From Candidatus Marinacidobacterales bacterium (lineage in GTDB: Bacteria > Acidobacteriota > Vicinamibacteria > Marinacidobacterales > DATDRI01): DNA of 64,000 bases. Below the pieces are notes generated by a model. That model was not told the DNA's origin and searched no databases. It saw only the letters and a list, made by a program, of their open reading frames with translations. Below, piece after piece: positions 51,062 to 60,836 of this stretch (position 1 is the stretch's first letter; each line of letters starts with the position of its first letter). The stretch spans positions 768,001 to 832,000 of the forward strand of contig CBDCNP010000002.1 of the NCBI GenBank assembly GCA_965219415.1, given 5' to 3'. The position numbers and the translations under genes were made by a program.

Positions 51062-52591
51062 TCACTGGTCCAACTCGAGCCAACCGAGAACAGCGTTCAC
51101 GTCCATCACTTCACGGACACAGCCGGCGAGACGGTCGAAGCGGGATTCTCGCTCGGCGGAGAAGAACACGAGCTCGGACGGCGAAGTGAGCCCGCAGGCG
51201 GCGCGGCCCGCGCATACGAACGCATGCCGAAAACGATCGGAGTCAAACAGACCGTGGAGGTAGGTGCCGATGGTCAGTCCGTCGGAGCTCACCACCCCGT
51301 CGCGTCGTTCTTCCGATTGGCCCTCACGACGGAGAGCGAAGATAGGAGTGGCCCCCTCATGGTACTTAGTCCGTCCTAGATGGATCTCATAACCTTCGAG
51401 CTCGCAGCCATCCATGACCTTTCCGAAGAGGTTCGGCTCCATCAGGCGGGCATATGACCTCACCGTGATCTTTTCCGGCGCTAAGAAGGTTTCGACCGGC
51501 AGAAGCCCGAGCCCCCTCACCCTCCCGCCTCCCTCCATGCCCTCCGGATCACGAAGCTCCTCTCCTAGAATCTGCATGCCGCCGCAGATCCCGACGGTGA
51601 TCCCGCCGCGGCTCGCGTGTGTGCGAACGGCGGCGTCCCAACCATGGCGTCTAAGCCACGCCAGATCGCCACTCGTTTGTTTGGACCCCGGCAGGATGAT
51701 GATATCGGCGCGGTCGGTATCTCTGGGTTGAGTCAAGTAGGCCAAAGCAACGGCAGGCTCGGCGGCGAGCGCATCGAAATCCGTAAAGTTTGACATAAAC
51801 GGATACGCGACGACGCCGATCTTGAGTCGGCGCTCCGTGCCCCCTGTTTCCAACCAGTCATCAGGCAAGCCGCTCCGATCTTCGACCGCCACACTGTCTT
51901 CTTCTTCCAAGCCCACGTCTTTCAAGTAAGGCACAACGCCCATGCACGGTTTTCCAATACGCTTCTCGATGAAGTCGATCCCCGGCTGCAAGAGCGCCCG
52001 GTCGCCGCGAAACTTGTTGATCAGAAAACCTCGCACCCGGAGTCGTTCGTCTGCATCGAGTAATTCGAGTGTACCTAGGAGTGCTGCGAAAACCCCCCCG
52101 CGATCAATGTCCCCCACCAGCAGACACGCGGCATCGGCTAGCTCCGCCATCCGAAGGTTGACGATGTCGTGCTCCTTAAGGTTGATCTCAACCGGAGAGC
52201 CTGCGCCTTCGAGCACGATGACGTCATGGTCGCTGGCGAGACGCCGGTAAGATTCGACCACCGTCGGGTACAGCGCCTCCACGCGCCCCTGATGATAATC
52301 CGCTGCAGAAACCTGGCCCCATACTCGCCCGCGGACGATCACCTGTGCCGACGTATCGGAGGACGGCTTGATGAGAACCGGATTCATGTCCACACTCGCC
52401 GGCACGCCTGCGGCATCGGCCTGCATGGCCTGCGCCCGTCCGATCTCGAGACCTTCTGGCGTGGCGGCCGAATTGAGTGACATGTTCTGAGCCTTGAACG
52501 GCGCCACCCGGTACCCCTCCTGTGCCACGATCCGGCACAGAGTCGCGGTCATTAATGATTTACCCGCGTGGGATCCCGTCCCCAGTACCAT
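51062..52591 (-). CDS. cobQ: Cobyric acid synthase
   Basis: GTGSHAGKS, PFKAQNMSLNS, EGAGSP, GICGG, GYEIH, GTYLHG. Confidence 0.93.
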   Translation of the reverse strand: MVLGTGSHAGKSLMTATLCRIVAQEGYRVAPFKAQNMSLNSAATPEGLEIGRAQAMQADAAGVPASVDMNPVLIKPSSDTSAQVIVRGRVWGQVSAADYHQGRVEALYPTVVESYRRLASDHDVIVLEGAGSPVEINLKEHDIVNLRMAELADAACLLVGDIDRGGVFAALLGTLELLDADERLRVRGFLINKFRGDRALLQPGIDFIEKRIGKPCMGVVPYLKDVGLEEEDSVAVEDRSGLPDDWLETGGTERRLKIGVVAYPFMSNFTDFDALAAEPAVALAYLTQPRDTDRADIIILPGSKQTSGDLAWLRRHGWDAAVRTHASRGGITVGICGGMQILGEELRDPEGMEGGGRVRGLGLLPVETFLAPEKITVRSYARLMEPNLFGKVMDGCELEGYEIHLGRTKYHEGATPIFALRREGQSEERRDGVVSSDGLTIGTYLHGLFDSDRFRHAFVCAGRAACGLTSPSELVFFSAERESRFDRLAGCVREVMDVNAVLGWLELDQ

Positions 52592-52624
52592 TCACGCCTT
52601 CGCCATTTCGGCTTCTTCTCCGAA

Positions 52625-53203
52625 TCACCAGGCTCGCGACCAGCGGGGCCCCGGGTGTTTCTCGTCACGCAGCCGCCCGTCGACCCCCGCCTCCTTTTCC
52701 AGCCGTCGCCCGAACAACCAAAGGAGATCGGAGAGCCGGTTGAGGTAGGGAACGACTTGGGGATCGACCTCCTCGCCGGACTCCACCAACCGAACCACTC
52801 CGCGTTCTGCACGGCGACAAATGGTGCGAGCCATATCGAAAGCCGCAGCTGCGGCGTGCTCTCCCGGAAGTGCCCAATCGTCGAGGAGGCCCTCGAGCTT
52901 CTCGATGCGGTTGACATCCCGCGTCAATGCCTCGACGTTCTCCTTTGTTGTCGCAGGTATCTCTTTCGTCTTCGTCTCCGGACTCGTCGCGACGGACGAG
53001 CTCACCACGAACAACTCACGTTGGATCTCCTTCGTCCGCTCGCGCACTTCGGAGTTCTCGCAAATCGCACGCGCGAATCCCATCGTCGATATCAACTCAT
53101 CGATGGCGCCGTACGCTTCCACACGAACCGCGCCCTTCGACACACGCCGACCGTCGATCAAACTCGTCTGCCCGTCGTCACCACGCTTCGTCGAGATACT
53201 CAT
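52625..53203 (-). CDS. pduO: ATP:cob(I)alamin adenosyltransferase, PduO type
   Basis: TKRGDDGQT, AYGAIDE, RTICRRAER, YLNRLSD. Confidence 0.92.
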   Translation of the reverse strand: MSISTKRGDDGQTSLIDGRRVSKGAVRVEAYGAIDELISTMGFARAICENSEVRERTKEIQRELFVVSSSVATSPETKTKEIPATTKENVEALTRDVNRIEKLEGLLDDWALPGEHAAAAAFDMARTICRRAERGVVRLVESGEEVDPQVVPYLNRLSDLLWLFGRRLEKEAGVDGRLRDEKHPGPRWSRAW

Positions 53204-53226
53204 AGCATCCTCACATCGTTACATCC

Positions 53227-54267
53227 TTACAGGGCTGAGTAGCGCTGCCGGCGCCTCAGCAGCCACAGAAAAGTCGGTCCTCCAACGAGCGCCGTCACCG
53301 CTCCCACCGGGAGCTCGCTCCCGCCGAGCACTGTGCGCGCCACGGCATCGGCCAACACGAGAAAGGACGCGCCAAGGAGTAAGGAACAAGGCACGACGAT
53401 GCGTACGTCCTCTCCAAACATGACCCGCGCTGCATGAGGAACAATCAATCCAACGAATCCGATGGGGCCTGCCACGGCAACGGTTGCTCCCACGATCAAG
53501 GAAGAGGCGGCGTAAACGATCTTCTCTACGCGGCGCACGTCGACGCCTAGACTGATCGCGGTTTCCTCGTCCACTGCCAACAGATGGAGGTCGCGGGCCG
53601 AAACCACCAGCATGACCAGGCCCGGGAGAACGAAGAGAGCCAATCGCCACACCAAGCTGAATCCGACCACGTCCAGACTGCCGATCATCCACCGAAGGAT
53701 CTGCAGGGCTCGGGTATAGTCCGCAAGGAACTGGATCACCAGTACGCCAGCGGCGGCGATTAGGTTCAGCACTATCCCGGCGAGAAGTAACGCACCAGGT
53801 AGAACGATGGCCCCCGTCGAAGCCAACCGATAGACAACGAAGACCGCCGCTCCCGCTCCAATGAAGGCGGCGACGAAGACCAGCGGGATGCCGCCGACCC
53901 GCGCACCGAGATCCAGCGCGATCGCCACGCTGGCGCCGAACGCGCCGCCGCCCGAGACTCCGAGCGTGAACGGATCGGCCAGTGGATTACGAAACAGCGC
54001 TTGTAGAGCAGCGCCAACCACGGCTAGAGACGCCCCGACCAGAACGCCAAGTGCAACACGAGGAAGTCGTATTTGGAAGAAGATCATCCGTGTCGTTTCA
54101 TCTAGGCGAAGTGCCGTCCAATCGACTCGCTGATAACCCGACAAGAGGGCGATCCATATCGCTAGACCGAGAACTCCAAACAAGAGGATGAGAGGCCCCT
54201 TGAAGCTCCGGGAGGCGGGCCGGGTTGCAACCGGCGTCGATGCAAGACCTGTCGCTTGTTGAAGCAT
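53227..54267 (-). CDS. btuC: Cobalamin ABC transporter permease (FecCD family)
   Basis: IRLPR, RNPLADP, IGFVGLIVPH; B12 operon context. Confidence 0.88.
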   Translation of the reverse strand: MLQQATGLASTPVATRPASRSFKGPLILLFGVLGLAIWIALLSGYQRVDWTALRLDETTRMIFFQIRLPRVALGVLVGASLAVVGAALQALFRNPLADPFTLGVSGGGAFGASVAIALDLGARVGGIPLVFVAAFIGAGAAVFVVYRLASTGAIVLPGALLLAGIVLNLIAAAGVLVIQFLADYTRALQILRWMIGSLDVVGFSLVWRLALFVLPGLVMLVVSARDLHLLAVDEETAISLGVDVRRVEKIVYAASSLIVGATVAVAGPIGFVGLIVPHAARVMFGEDVRIVVPCSLLLGASFLVLADAVARTVLGGSELPVGAVTALVGGPTFLWLLRRRQRYSAL

Positions 54268-55049
54268 CACCACTCCGACCATACGAATGTGCGTCCGTCC
54301 ATCTGCCGGGAGCGGACATTCGGGTCCCCATAGATCTCCACTAACTTGTTCTGGCGCAATACCGCCGAAGGGCTGCCCTCCGCCACGATCTCGCCAGCAC
54401 GCATGGCGAATGCGTAGTCGAGTCCCGGGTCGAGCAGTTGAAGGTCGTGAGTGACCATCACCGTCGTTAAACCTCGCTGGTCGCGGAGGCGCCGCAGCGT
54501 GCTGATGAGCCGTGCGCGGTGTTTCAGATCCAGCGACGCGGACGGCTCATCGAGTAGCATGCAATCGGCGTCTTGTGCGAGGACCCGCGCCACCGCCACC
54601 AGTTGACGCTCTCCGGCCGAAAGCTCCGTTACTGGACGCGACTCCAGGCTCAGAGCATCCACCGTGGCCAGTGCTCGACGGGCCACTTCTCGGTCAGTCT
54701 CGTTCTCGAAACGGAAACGAGGTGTGTAAGGGCTGCGCCCGGTCAGCACGACTTCGAGCGCGGTAAAAGGAAAGACCGTGCTGTGCGTTTGGGAGACGTA
54801 CCCGACGCGGGTTGCCAGACGACGTCGATCGAGTGCCGCAAGAGATCTTCCTTCGAAGCGGATCTCGCCCTCGAGAGGCGCCAAGATGCCGGCCAGCAAA
54901 CGTAACAGGGTCGATTTTCCCGACCCGTTGGGTCCGATGACTGCACAAAAGCTCCCCTGCCGGATTGAGAGGGAAACACCACGCACCGCCTCGACGCTTC
55001 GCGAGTAGTCGAAACGGACGTTGCAAGCTTCTAACAATGGCGAGTTCAC
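54267..55049 (-). CDS. btuD: Cobalamin ABC transporter ATPase
   Basis: GPNGSGKST, LSAGE, LLDEP, THD. Confidence 0.88.
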   Translation of the reverse strand: MNSPLLEACNVRFDYSRSVEAVRGVSLSIRQGSFCAVIGPNGSGKSTLLRLLAGILAPLEGEIRFEGRSLAALDRRRLATRVGYVSQTHSTVFPFTALEVVLTGRSPYTPRFRFENETDREVARRALATVDALSLESRPVTELSAGERQLVAVARVLAQDADCMLLDEPSASLDLKHRARLISTLRRLRDQRGLTTVMVTHDLQLLDPGLDYAFAMRAGEIVAEGSPSAVLRQNKLVEIYGDPNVRSRQMDGRTFVWSEW

Positions 55050-55057
55050 GCTACCGC

Positions 55058-55966
55058 TCAGTCCTCGAACGCTTCAAGGTGGAGAAACTCGGCAATCTGG
55101 CGCGCTGTCTTTCCGACAAACTGGGAGGGATGGATCAGTTGCGTATCCCGCAGCGGATAGACTCGGCCCTCTTCCACAGCGCGGACATTGTCGAGGTCGC
55201 GCCACACGCCGCTCGGATCTTCTGCGAGCTTCGTATTCCCCGCGATGAGGGTCACCGGAGCCGCCACTGCTTGCACCATGTCGAGAATCACGTCGGGGTT
55301 TAGCGACACCACGGCTTCGGCGGTTATCTTGACGTAGTTGTGGGTCGCGGGCGGCAGCAGCGGCTGACCGCCCGCAATCTCGATAAGATCGGCGAAATAG
55401 CTTCCTTTTGTCGCCACATAAAGATCCCGGAGCGTCCCCGGCAGGCGATCGACGACACAGAGCACGCGCGGTCGCGGTAGATCGGCGGTCCGACGACGAA
55501 CGTCTTCGAACTCGGCTCGAACCCGCTGCGCAAGTCGCCTACTTTCCGCGCCCCGCCCCACCGCACGACCGATGTCAATGATGGACGAAAAAACGTCGTC
55601 GAGAGACTGACTGCCAACGACCAAGCTCCGGATGCCAAGCGCCTGGAGGCGGTCTTGGATGAACGGCGCTTGGGCATCGGTCATGACAACCAAATCCGGC
55701 TCGAGCGATAGGACGCGCTCCAAACTCGTGTTCTGCCAACCCCCGACCCTAGGCAGGGCTTTTGCCTGGGGAGGGTACTCGCAAAACGTGGAAACGGCTA
55801 CGACCCGGTCGAAGGCGCCGACGCCAAAGAGAATCTCCGTGACGCTGGGCGAGAGCGAAATGATGGCTCGGGGGATTCTCGGCTCGCCACCAGCCCGGAT
55901 CTCTCCGGCGAACAGCAACAACGCGACCGCGGCCGCGATGGGGTGCGTTCGAAAGCGCAACATCAT
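55058..55966 (-). CDS. btuF: Cobalamin-binding periplasmic protein
   Basis: ISLSPSVTE, FCEYP, LEPDLV; start reassigned to ATG 55966. Confidence 0.85.
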   Translation of the reverse strand: MMLRFRTHPIAAAVALLLFAGEIRAGGEPRIPRAIISLSPSVTEILFGVGAFDRVVAVSTFCEYPPQAKALPRVGGWQNTSLERVLSLEPDLVVMTDAQAPFIQDRLQALGIRSLVVGSQSLDDVFSSIIDIGRAVGRGAESRRLAQRVRAEFEDVRRRTADLPRPRVLCVVDRLPGTLRDLYVATKGSYFADLIEIAGGQPLLPPATHNYVKITAEAVVSLNPDVILDMVQAVAAPVTLIAGNTKLAEDPSGVWRDLDNVRAVEEGRVYPLRDTQLIHPSQFVGKTARQIAEFLHLEAFED

Positions 55967-55980
55967 CTGTTCGGTTCTGA

Positions 55981-58407
55981 TTAGAACTGGAACGCCGCCC
56001 CGGCCACCGCGGTTCGGCCGGGCATGCGAAAACCATTCTCGAAGTTCTCCCGGTCGAACAAGTTCTCGACCTTGCCGAAGAAACGCACACCCTTGGCTCC
56101 GGCGAGCGGCCAAGTGTAGCTCGCCCCGAGATCCGCCTTCACAATGCCACCGAATCGATAGGTCCGGCTCACGAACGTGACCGGATCGAAAACCGGCGCG
56201 AAGTAACTATCCGACGCGTTGAGCTCGAAGTTCACGTAGAAATCCCGGGCCAGATACTGCGTCGCCACCAACGAGAACTGGTGCTTCGGAATGACGAAAG
56301 CTTGCGTTAGCGCCTCGTCACCCGCGGCGGGCGGCTCGGTGTCGGTGTAGGTATAGGCGACAGCAACATGCAAAGATTCGGTGGGCGTCGCGGCAGAGCT
56401 CAATTCCAGACCCCGGGCGCCTCCCCCCTCGACTCTGCGGTAGCCACCGAAGCGTCCGAACGGATCGGTAGCCGGATCAATAGCACCGGTGAAGTCGAAA
56501 ACGATGACCTCCTTGAGGCGGGTGTCGAAGAAGGTTGCCGAAAGGCTCAACCGTTGGCTAAGCAGTACCTGGTCCACGCCGATATCGTAGCCAAGCGAGC
56601 GCTCCGGCTTGAGCCGCGGATCCCCGAATACCGAATACCCGAACGTGCTGAAAAAAGTACCGAAACGCTCGAACAGCGACGGGGCACGGTACGCGTTCCC
56701 CAAGTGGGCTCGCAGCTTGGTGCCAGAGCTCCGAAAGAAGTAGGCCACCGAACCATCTCCGGTAAGCGCACGCGGCGGATCTTCCACTTGAACCCCCGCG
56801 TAGGGCGCATTCTCGACCGGTGCGAAGATAGGATCGGCCAGGGAGAAAAACTGGGCCCGAAAGGCCCCGGAGACTTGTAATGAGCCGTCAAGAAAGGTCA
56901 GCTGATCTTGAATAAAAAACGTATTGCTGCTTTGTGTCACATCCACCGAAGAGTTCTCCGCGGTATTCTCAGGGAACGAGAAATTGATAAAGGTCTCGGT
57001 TTCGAACTCGTACCCGGCAGTGAAAAAATTCCAGGAAACGAGCTCGAAATCAGCCAGTGCGTAGAACGTGTGGACGCGGCCGTCGAACTCCGACAATGTC
57101 TCGCGACCCGGCTCGAACGATACGCCTTGAGGCCCGTCTTTGAACGCGCGGTCGGTTATCAAGCCGTGATATGCAAGGGTGTATCCAAAAGTCTCCGATG
57201 GTTTTTGCTCGAAACTGACCGCTGCGGAGACCAAGCGGGTGTCTCGGGTGCTATCCGGATCATTAGCCGAGGGAATGAGATTTGCCGCGCCGAGATCGAG
57301 CTCTGACACGGGAGCCCCTTCCTCGAAGCGCCTCACCTCCGATTGCGAGAGAGGCACCGCCTCAATGATTCCCGTAGCGGGAATCGATCCAACCGATTGC
57401 GGCGTTTCGTTGACCTTCGAGAAGGTGTCTGCGGTATAGAGCCTCGCCGACAGCGTCGTCGTGGCGGAGGGGCGCCAGCGAATCTGCCCTTGCACGCTGG
57501 TGTTCTTCGCTTCATCGTCGCCGTCCAATCCCTCGCCGACGTTCACGTGCGACAGACCGATGCTATAGGTCACGCGATCTTCGCTGAGTCCTCCCGCAAT
57601 ACGCGCCCGCCCGCGAAAGAAATCGAGCGAGCCACCCTCGAGCAGCAAGCTACCCCGGGGAGGCCCTCCGCCCTGGGCGGTGACGATATTGATGACTCCG
57701 CCTACCGCGTTTGTCCCGTAGAGCGACGAGCCGGAGCCACGCAAGATTTCGATTCGGTCGAGATCGTTTACCACCAAGCTCTCCATCAACGCGGAGGCAT
57801 CTCCCTGCGTCGATGCGGCGTCCCGAAGCCGGAAACCATCCAACAAAACCGCGGTGTCTTCGCTGCGCAGCCCCCGAATCTTGATGGAAACGAAGGCTCC
57901 GGGGCCGCCCAGCTGCTGAACCCGTAACCCGGGGACCGGGCGGAGAGCCTCCGCAATCGAAAACTCGTTGCGAGCTTCGATTTCCTTATCGTCTACGACG
58001 GTGATGGCCTTCGACACTTGGTCGACGGTTTGTGCGCTACCGGAAGCGGTCACCACGACGTTCTCGTGAACCGCGGCCAACTCCAGTTTAAAGTCCGCGA
58101 CCAAAGAGCCCCCCTGGGCCAACGTAACGGTTCGCACTTCGGCTCGCGAAAAGCCGGGTGCTTCGGTGTTGATCAAGTATTCACCGCCGCCGAGGCGCTC
58201 GAATCGATGCGTACCCGACTCATCGGTGAGCACAGAAAGTCGCACCCGGTTGTCGCGAGTGAAAAGCGATACCTTGGCACGAGCGATCATCGCGCCCTGT
58301 GGATCCTGGATGCGCACCGTGATAGTGCCGGTGGTTTCCTGTGCAGCGGATGAAGTTGCAACCCCCAAAGCCCAGAGCACAACTGCAAGCAAGAGCTTCG
58401 TCCTCAT
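55981..58407 (-). CDS. btuB: TonB-dependent cobalamin receptor
   Basis: Signal peptide, IEILRGSGSSLYG..GGVINI, LKPE, C-terminal FQF; directly downstream of a B12 riboswitch. Confidence 0.88.
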   Translation of the reverse strand: MRTKLLLAVVLWALGVATSSAAQETTGTITVRIQDPQGAMIARAKVSLFTRDNRVRLSVLTDESGTHRFERLGGGEYLINTEAPGFSRAEVRTVTLAQGGSLVADFKLELAAVHENVVVTASGSAQTVDQVSKAITVVDDKEIEARNEFSIAEALRPVPGLRVQQLGGPGAFVSIKIRGLRSEDTAVLLDGFRLRDAASTQGDASALMESLVVNDLDRIEILRGSGSSLYGTNAVGGVINIVTAQGGGPPRGSLLLEGGSLDFFRGRARIAGGLSEDRVTYSIGLSHVNVGEGLDGDDEAKNTSVQGQIRWRPSATTTLSARLYTADTFSKVNETPQSVGSIPATGIIEAVPLSQSEVRRFEEGAPVSELDLGAANLIPSANDPDSTRDTRLVSAAVSFEQKPSETFGYTLAYHGLITDRAFKDGPQGVSFEPGRETLSEFDGRVHTFYALADFELVSWNFFTAGYEFETETFINFSFPENTAENSSVDVTQSSNTFFIQDQLTFLDGSLQVSGAFRAQFFSLADPIFAPVENAPYAGVQVEDPPRALTGDGSVAYFFRSSGTKLRAHLGNAYRAPSLFERFGTFFSTFGYSVFGDPRLKPERSLGYDIGVDQVLLSQRLSLSATFFDTRLKEVIVFDFTGAIDPATDPFGRFGGYRRVEGGGARGLELSSAATPTESLHVAVAYTYTDTEPPAAGDEALTQAFVIPKHQFSLVATQYLARDFYVNFELNASDSYFAPVFDPVTFVSRTYRFGGIVKADLGASYTWPLAGAKGVRFFGKVENLFDRENFENGFRMPGRTAVAGAAFQF

Positions 58408-58500
58408 CAGTAGACCTCCCACTCTGACGCCCTTCGGCGTCGTTGAAGATCCGGACGAGCGGAGTGGGGTCTCGGCGGCAGGCTGGGAGAGCGAGGACGC

Positions 58501-58543
58501 AAAAAGAAAAAGCTCCTCACTCTTCCAGGGAAGAACGAGGAGC
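58501..58543 (-). terminator. Riboswitch expression-platform terminator
   Basis: GCTCCTCGTTCTTCCCTGGAAGAGTGAGGAGC followed by TTTTTCTTTTT. Confidence 0.7.
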
Positions 58544-58600
58544 CTGATGTTTCCTGCCCTCGAAACCGGACTCTTCCCATCGAAGAGTCACCCGACTTCT

Positions 58601-58792
58601 GGGCTCAGGCAGGTTTCCTGACTTGAGGATCGGTCGCCGCCGCCTGCCTTCCCTCCCTTACGGAAGTGGCTGTCCACCCCTTATCAATAAGGTTCGAACC
58701 AAGGCGGCCGGCTCTCCTACTCACAGTGGCGTGGGCCGTTGGGGCATCTCACCCCATTCCCTATTACCCCGCGATTCGGGCACCTGAGCCTG
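58601..58792 (-). ncRNA. Cobalamin riboswitch
   Basis: AGGTGC..TAATAGGGAA..GGTGAGAT..GCCACTGTG..GCCACT..GGGAAGGC..AGTCAGGAAACCTGCC (B12 box). Confidence 0.93.
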
Positions 58793-59020
58793 TCCGTATT
58801 CAGTTGTCGCCGGAAGTATAGGTGGTGCCATTCAGGGAAAGCAAGGTCGACGACAAGAAAAAGGATCTTGGCGATTTGCGCCTCCGAGCCGTCGAGCGCC
58901 AAAGCTCGTTGCATCAACAGATACAGTGGATGCTTCGTCCCGCGCTATACTTGGATGGTGGGAAAGAAGGCGTCCGTAGTTCTCGGAGCTTTCGACCGCC
59001 GTTCCGTCAGGAGGTGCTCG

Positions 59021-59539
59021 ATGAACAGGCGAGATTTCTTCAAGGCCGGACTGGGGCTCGCAGTCCCCGCGTGGTTGGCTCTAACGAAGGAAGGCATACC
59101 CATGGGAACTACACAGGAGGAAATCAAGAAACTCGAGAAATCGAAGAAAGAGTGGCGCGAGCTCCTCGACGAGGATGCCTATCGAGTGCTCTTCAAAGAC
59201 GGGACGGAACGCGCCTATACGAGCCCGTTAAACAATGAGAAGCGCAAGGGAACCTTCGTCTGCGCCGCGTGCTATCTGCCTCTATTCAAGTCGGAGACGA
59301 AATACGATAGTCGTACCGGCTGGCCCAGTTTCTTCCGTCCGATCGACGGCCGCACCGGCACGAAGAGAGATTTCAAACTCGTTGTGCCGAGGACCGAATA
59401 TCACTGCATCCGCTGCGGTGGTCATCAGGGTCATATATTCAAGGATGGCCCCCGACCGACCGGCCAAAGATGGTGCAATAACGGCGTGGCGCTGAAGTTC
59501 GTCCCCGAGAGCGACGAGCTTCCGTCGCTTCGGCAGTAA
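59021..59539 (+). CDS. msrB: Peptide-methionine (R)-S-oxide reductase, Tat-exported
   Basis: MNRRDFFK, GTERAY, GWPSF, HQGHIFKDGP, RWCNNG. Confidence 0.95.
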   Translation: MNRRDFFKAGLGLAVPAWLALTKEGIPMGTTQEEIKKLEKSKKEWRELLDEDAYRVLFKDGTERAYTSPLNNEKRKGTFVCAACYLPLFKSETKYDSRTGWPSFFRPIDGRTGTKRDFKLVVPRTEYHCIRCGGHQGHIFKDGPRPTGQRWCNNGVALKFVPESDELPSLRQ

Positions 59540-59617
59540 AGCTCCCACCCATCTCGTACGTCTGGCCATCAGCCCAGTTCCACATCGGAGCCGTTGCGGT
59601 CTCCACAGGGCCAAACG

Positions 59618-59647
59618 TTGACAGCACAGTAGATACGCCCTTATACT
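59618..59647 (+). promoter_or_regulatory. sigma70-type promoter for pgk-tpiA-secG
   Basis: TTGACA-N18-TATACT. Confidence 0.7.
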
Positions 59648-59663
59648 GGCGTGTTTTCGCTTT

Positions 59664-60836
59664 ATGAGGAAGCTTTCTATTAAAGACCTGGACCTGAAGG
59701 ACCGTCGCGTGTTCATGCGAGTCGATTTCAACGTTCCCCTCGAGGACGGTAAAGTCGCCGACGACACCCGGATCCGCGCAACGCTGCCTTCGCTGCGGCA
59801 TGCCTGCGGAGCCGGTGCGCGGCTGGTGCTCGGTTCGCACCTGGGGCGCCCCAAAGGGGAGCCGAACCCGGCCATGAGCTTGACGCCGGTGGCCGCCCGC
59901 TTGTCGGAACTTTTGGAAATGCCGGTTGGCTTTGCGTCACAGACGCCGGGTCCGGGGACGAAAAAGCAGGTCGACGACCTTCCGGAACGCGTCGTCCTTC
60001 TCGAGAACTTGCGTTTCTCGCCAGGCGAGGAGAGAAACGATTCGACTCTTGCGAGCCAGCTGTCCGCCCTGGGAGAGCTCTATGTAAACGACGCGTTCGG
60101 CACCGCGCACCGTGCACACGCTTCAACGGTCGGGATGGTAAAGCACTTCGATAAGGCGGCGGCCGGTTTCCTGATGGAGAGCGAGCTTCATTACCTCGAC
60201 ATGTGTCTGACTTCGGCACCCCGACCGTTCATCGCACTCATGGGGGGGGCCAAGGTTTCGGACAAGATCGAAGTAGTGAAGAACTTGCTCACCAAGGTCG
60301 ACCGACTTCTTATTGGCGGAGGTATGGCGTACACGTTCCTGAGAGCCAAAGGCCTCGCCACCGGCAACTCTCTCGTCGAAGAAGACAAGATCGGGCTGGC
60401 TGAAGAGTTGTTGCGGCAAGCGGGAGAGAAACTGGAGCTTCCGCGCGATCACGTGGTAGCCGAGTCATTTGATACGGCGACGTCGGTGAAGATCGTTCCA
60501 ACCGGGGAGATTCCCGACGGCTGGATGGGCCTCGACATCGGTCCGGAAACCGTGAGCGCCTACCAGCGAATCCTCGGCGACGCGAAAATGATCGTCTGGA
60601 ACGGTCCGATGGGAGTGTTCGAGAAAGAGCCCTTTGCGACAGGAACGCTCCAGATAGCCGAGGCGGTGGCGTCGAGCGACGCAATGAGCCTCGTTGGCGG
60701 CGGTGACTCTATTCTGGCCGTGCATCGTGCGGGTGTCGCGGACCGAATCACTCACATCTCCACGGGAGGCGGCGCATCGTTGGAGTTCTTGGCGGGCGAC
60801 AAGCTACCCGGTGTCGAGGTCCTGAGCGATGCGTAA
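59664..60836 (+). CDS. pgk: Phosphoglycerate kinase
   Basis: [34 protein letters not shown]. Confidence 0.98.
   Translation: MRKLSIKDLDLKDRRVFMRVDFNVPLEDGKVADDTRIRATLPSLRHACGAGARLVLGSHLGRPKGEPNPAMSLTPVAARLSELLEMPVGFASQTPGPGTKKQVDDLPERVVLLENLRFSPGEERNDSTLASQLSALGELYVNDAFGTAHRAHASTVGMVKHFDKAAAGFLMESELHYLDMCLTSAPRPFIALMGGAKVSDKIEVVKNLLTKVDRLLIGGGMAYTFLRAKGLATGNSLVEEDKIGLAEELLRQAGEKLELPRDHVVAESFDTATSVKIVPTGEIPDGWMGLDIGPETVSAYQRILGDAKMIVWNGPMGVFEKEPFATGTLQIAEAVASSDAMSLVGGGDSILAVHRAGVADRITHISTGGGASLEFLAGDKLPGVEVLSDA

Noticed and set aside
43862-52594. Genome-wide UGA reassignment (three in-frame TGAs)
   Set aside because: The TGAs align to different residues (Cys, Trp, Leu/Ile). TGA is a true stop for gpmA, secG and DUF507, and TGG is used normally.
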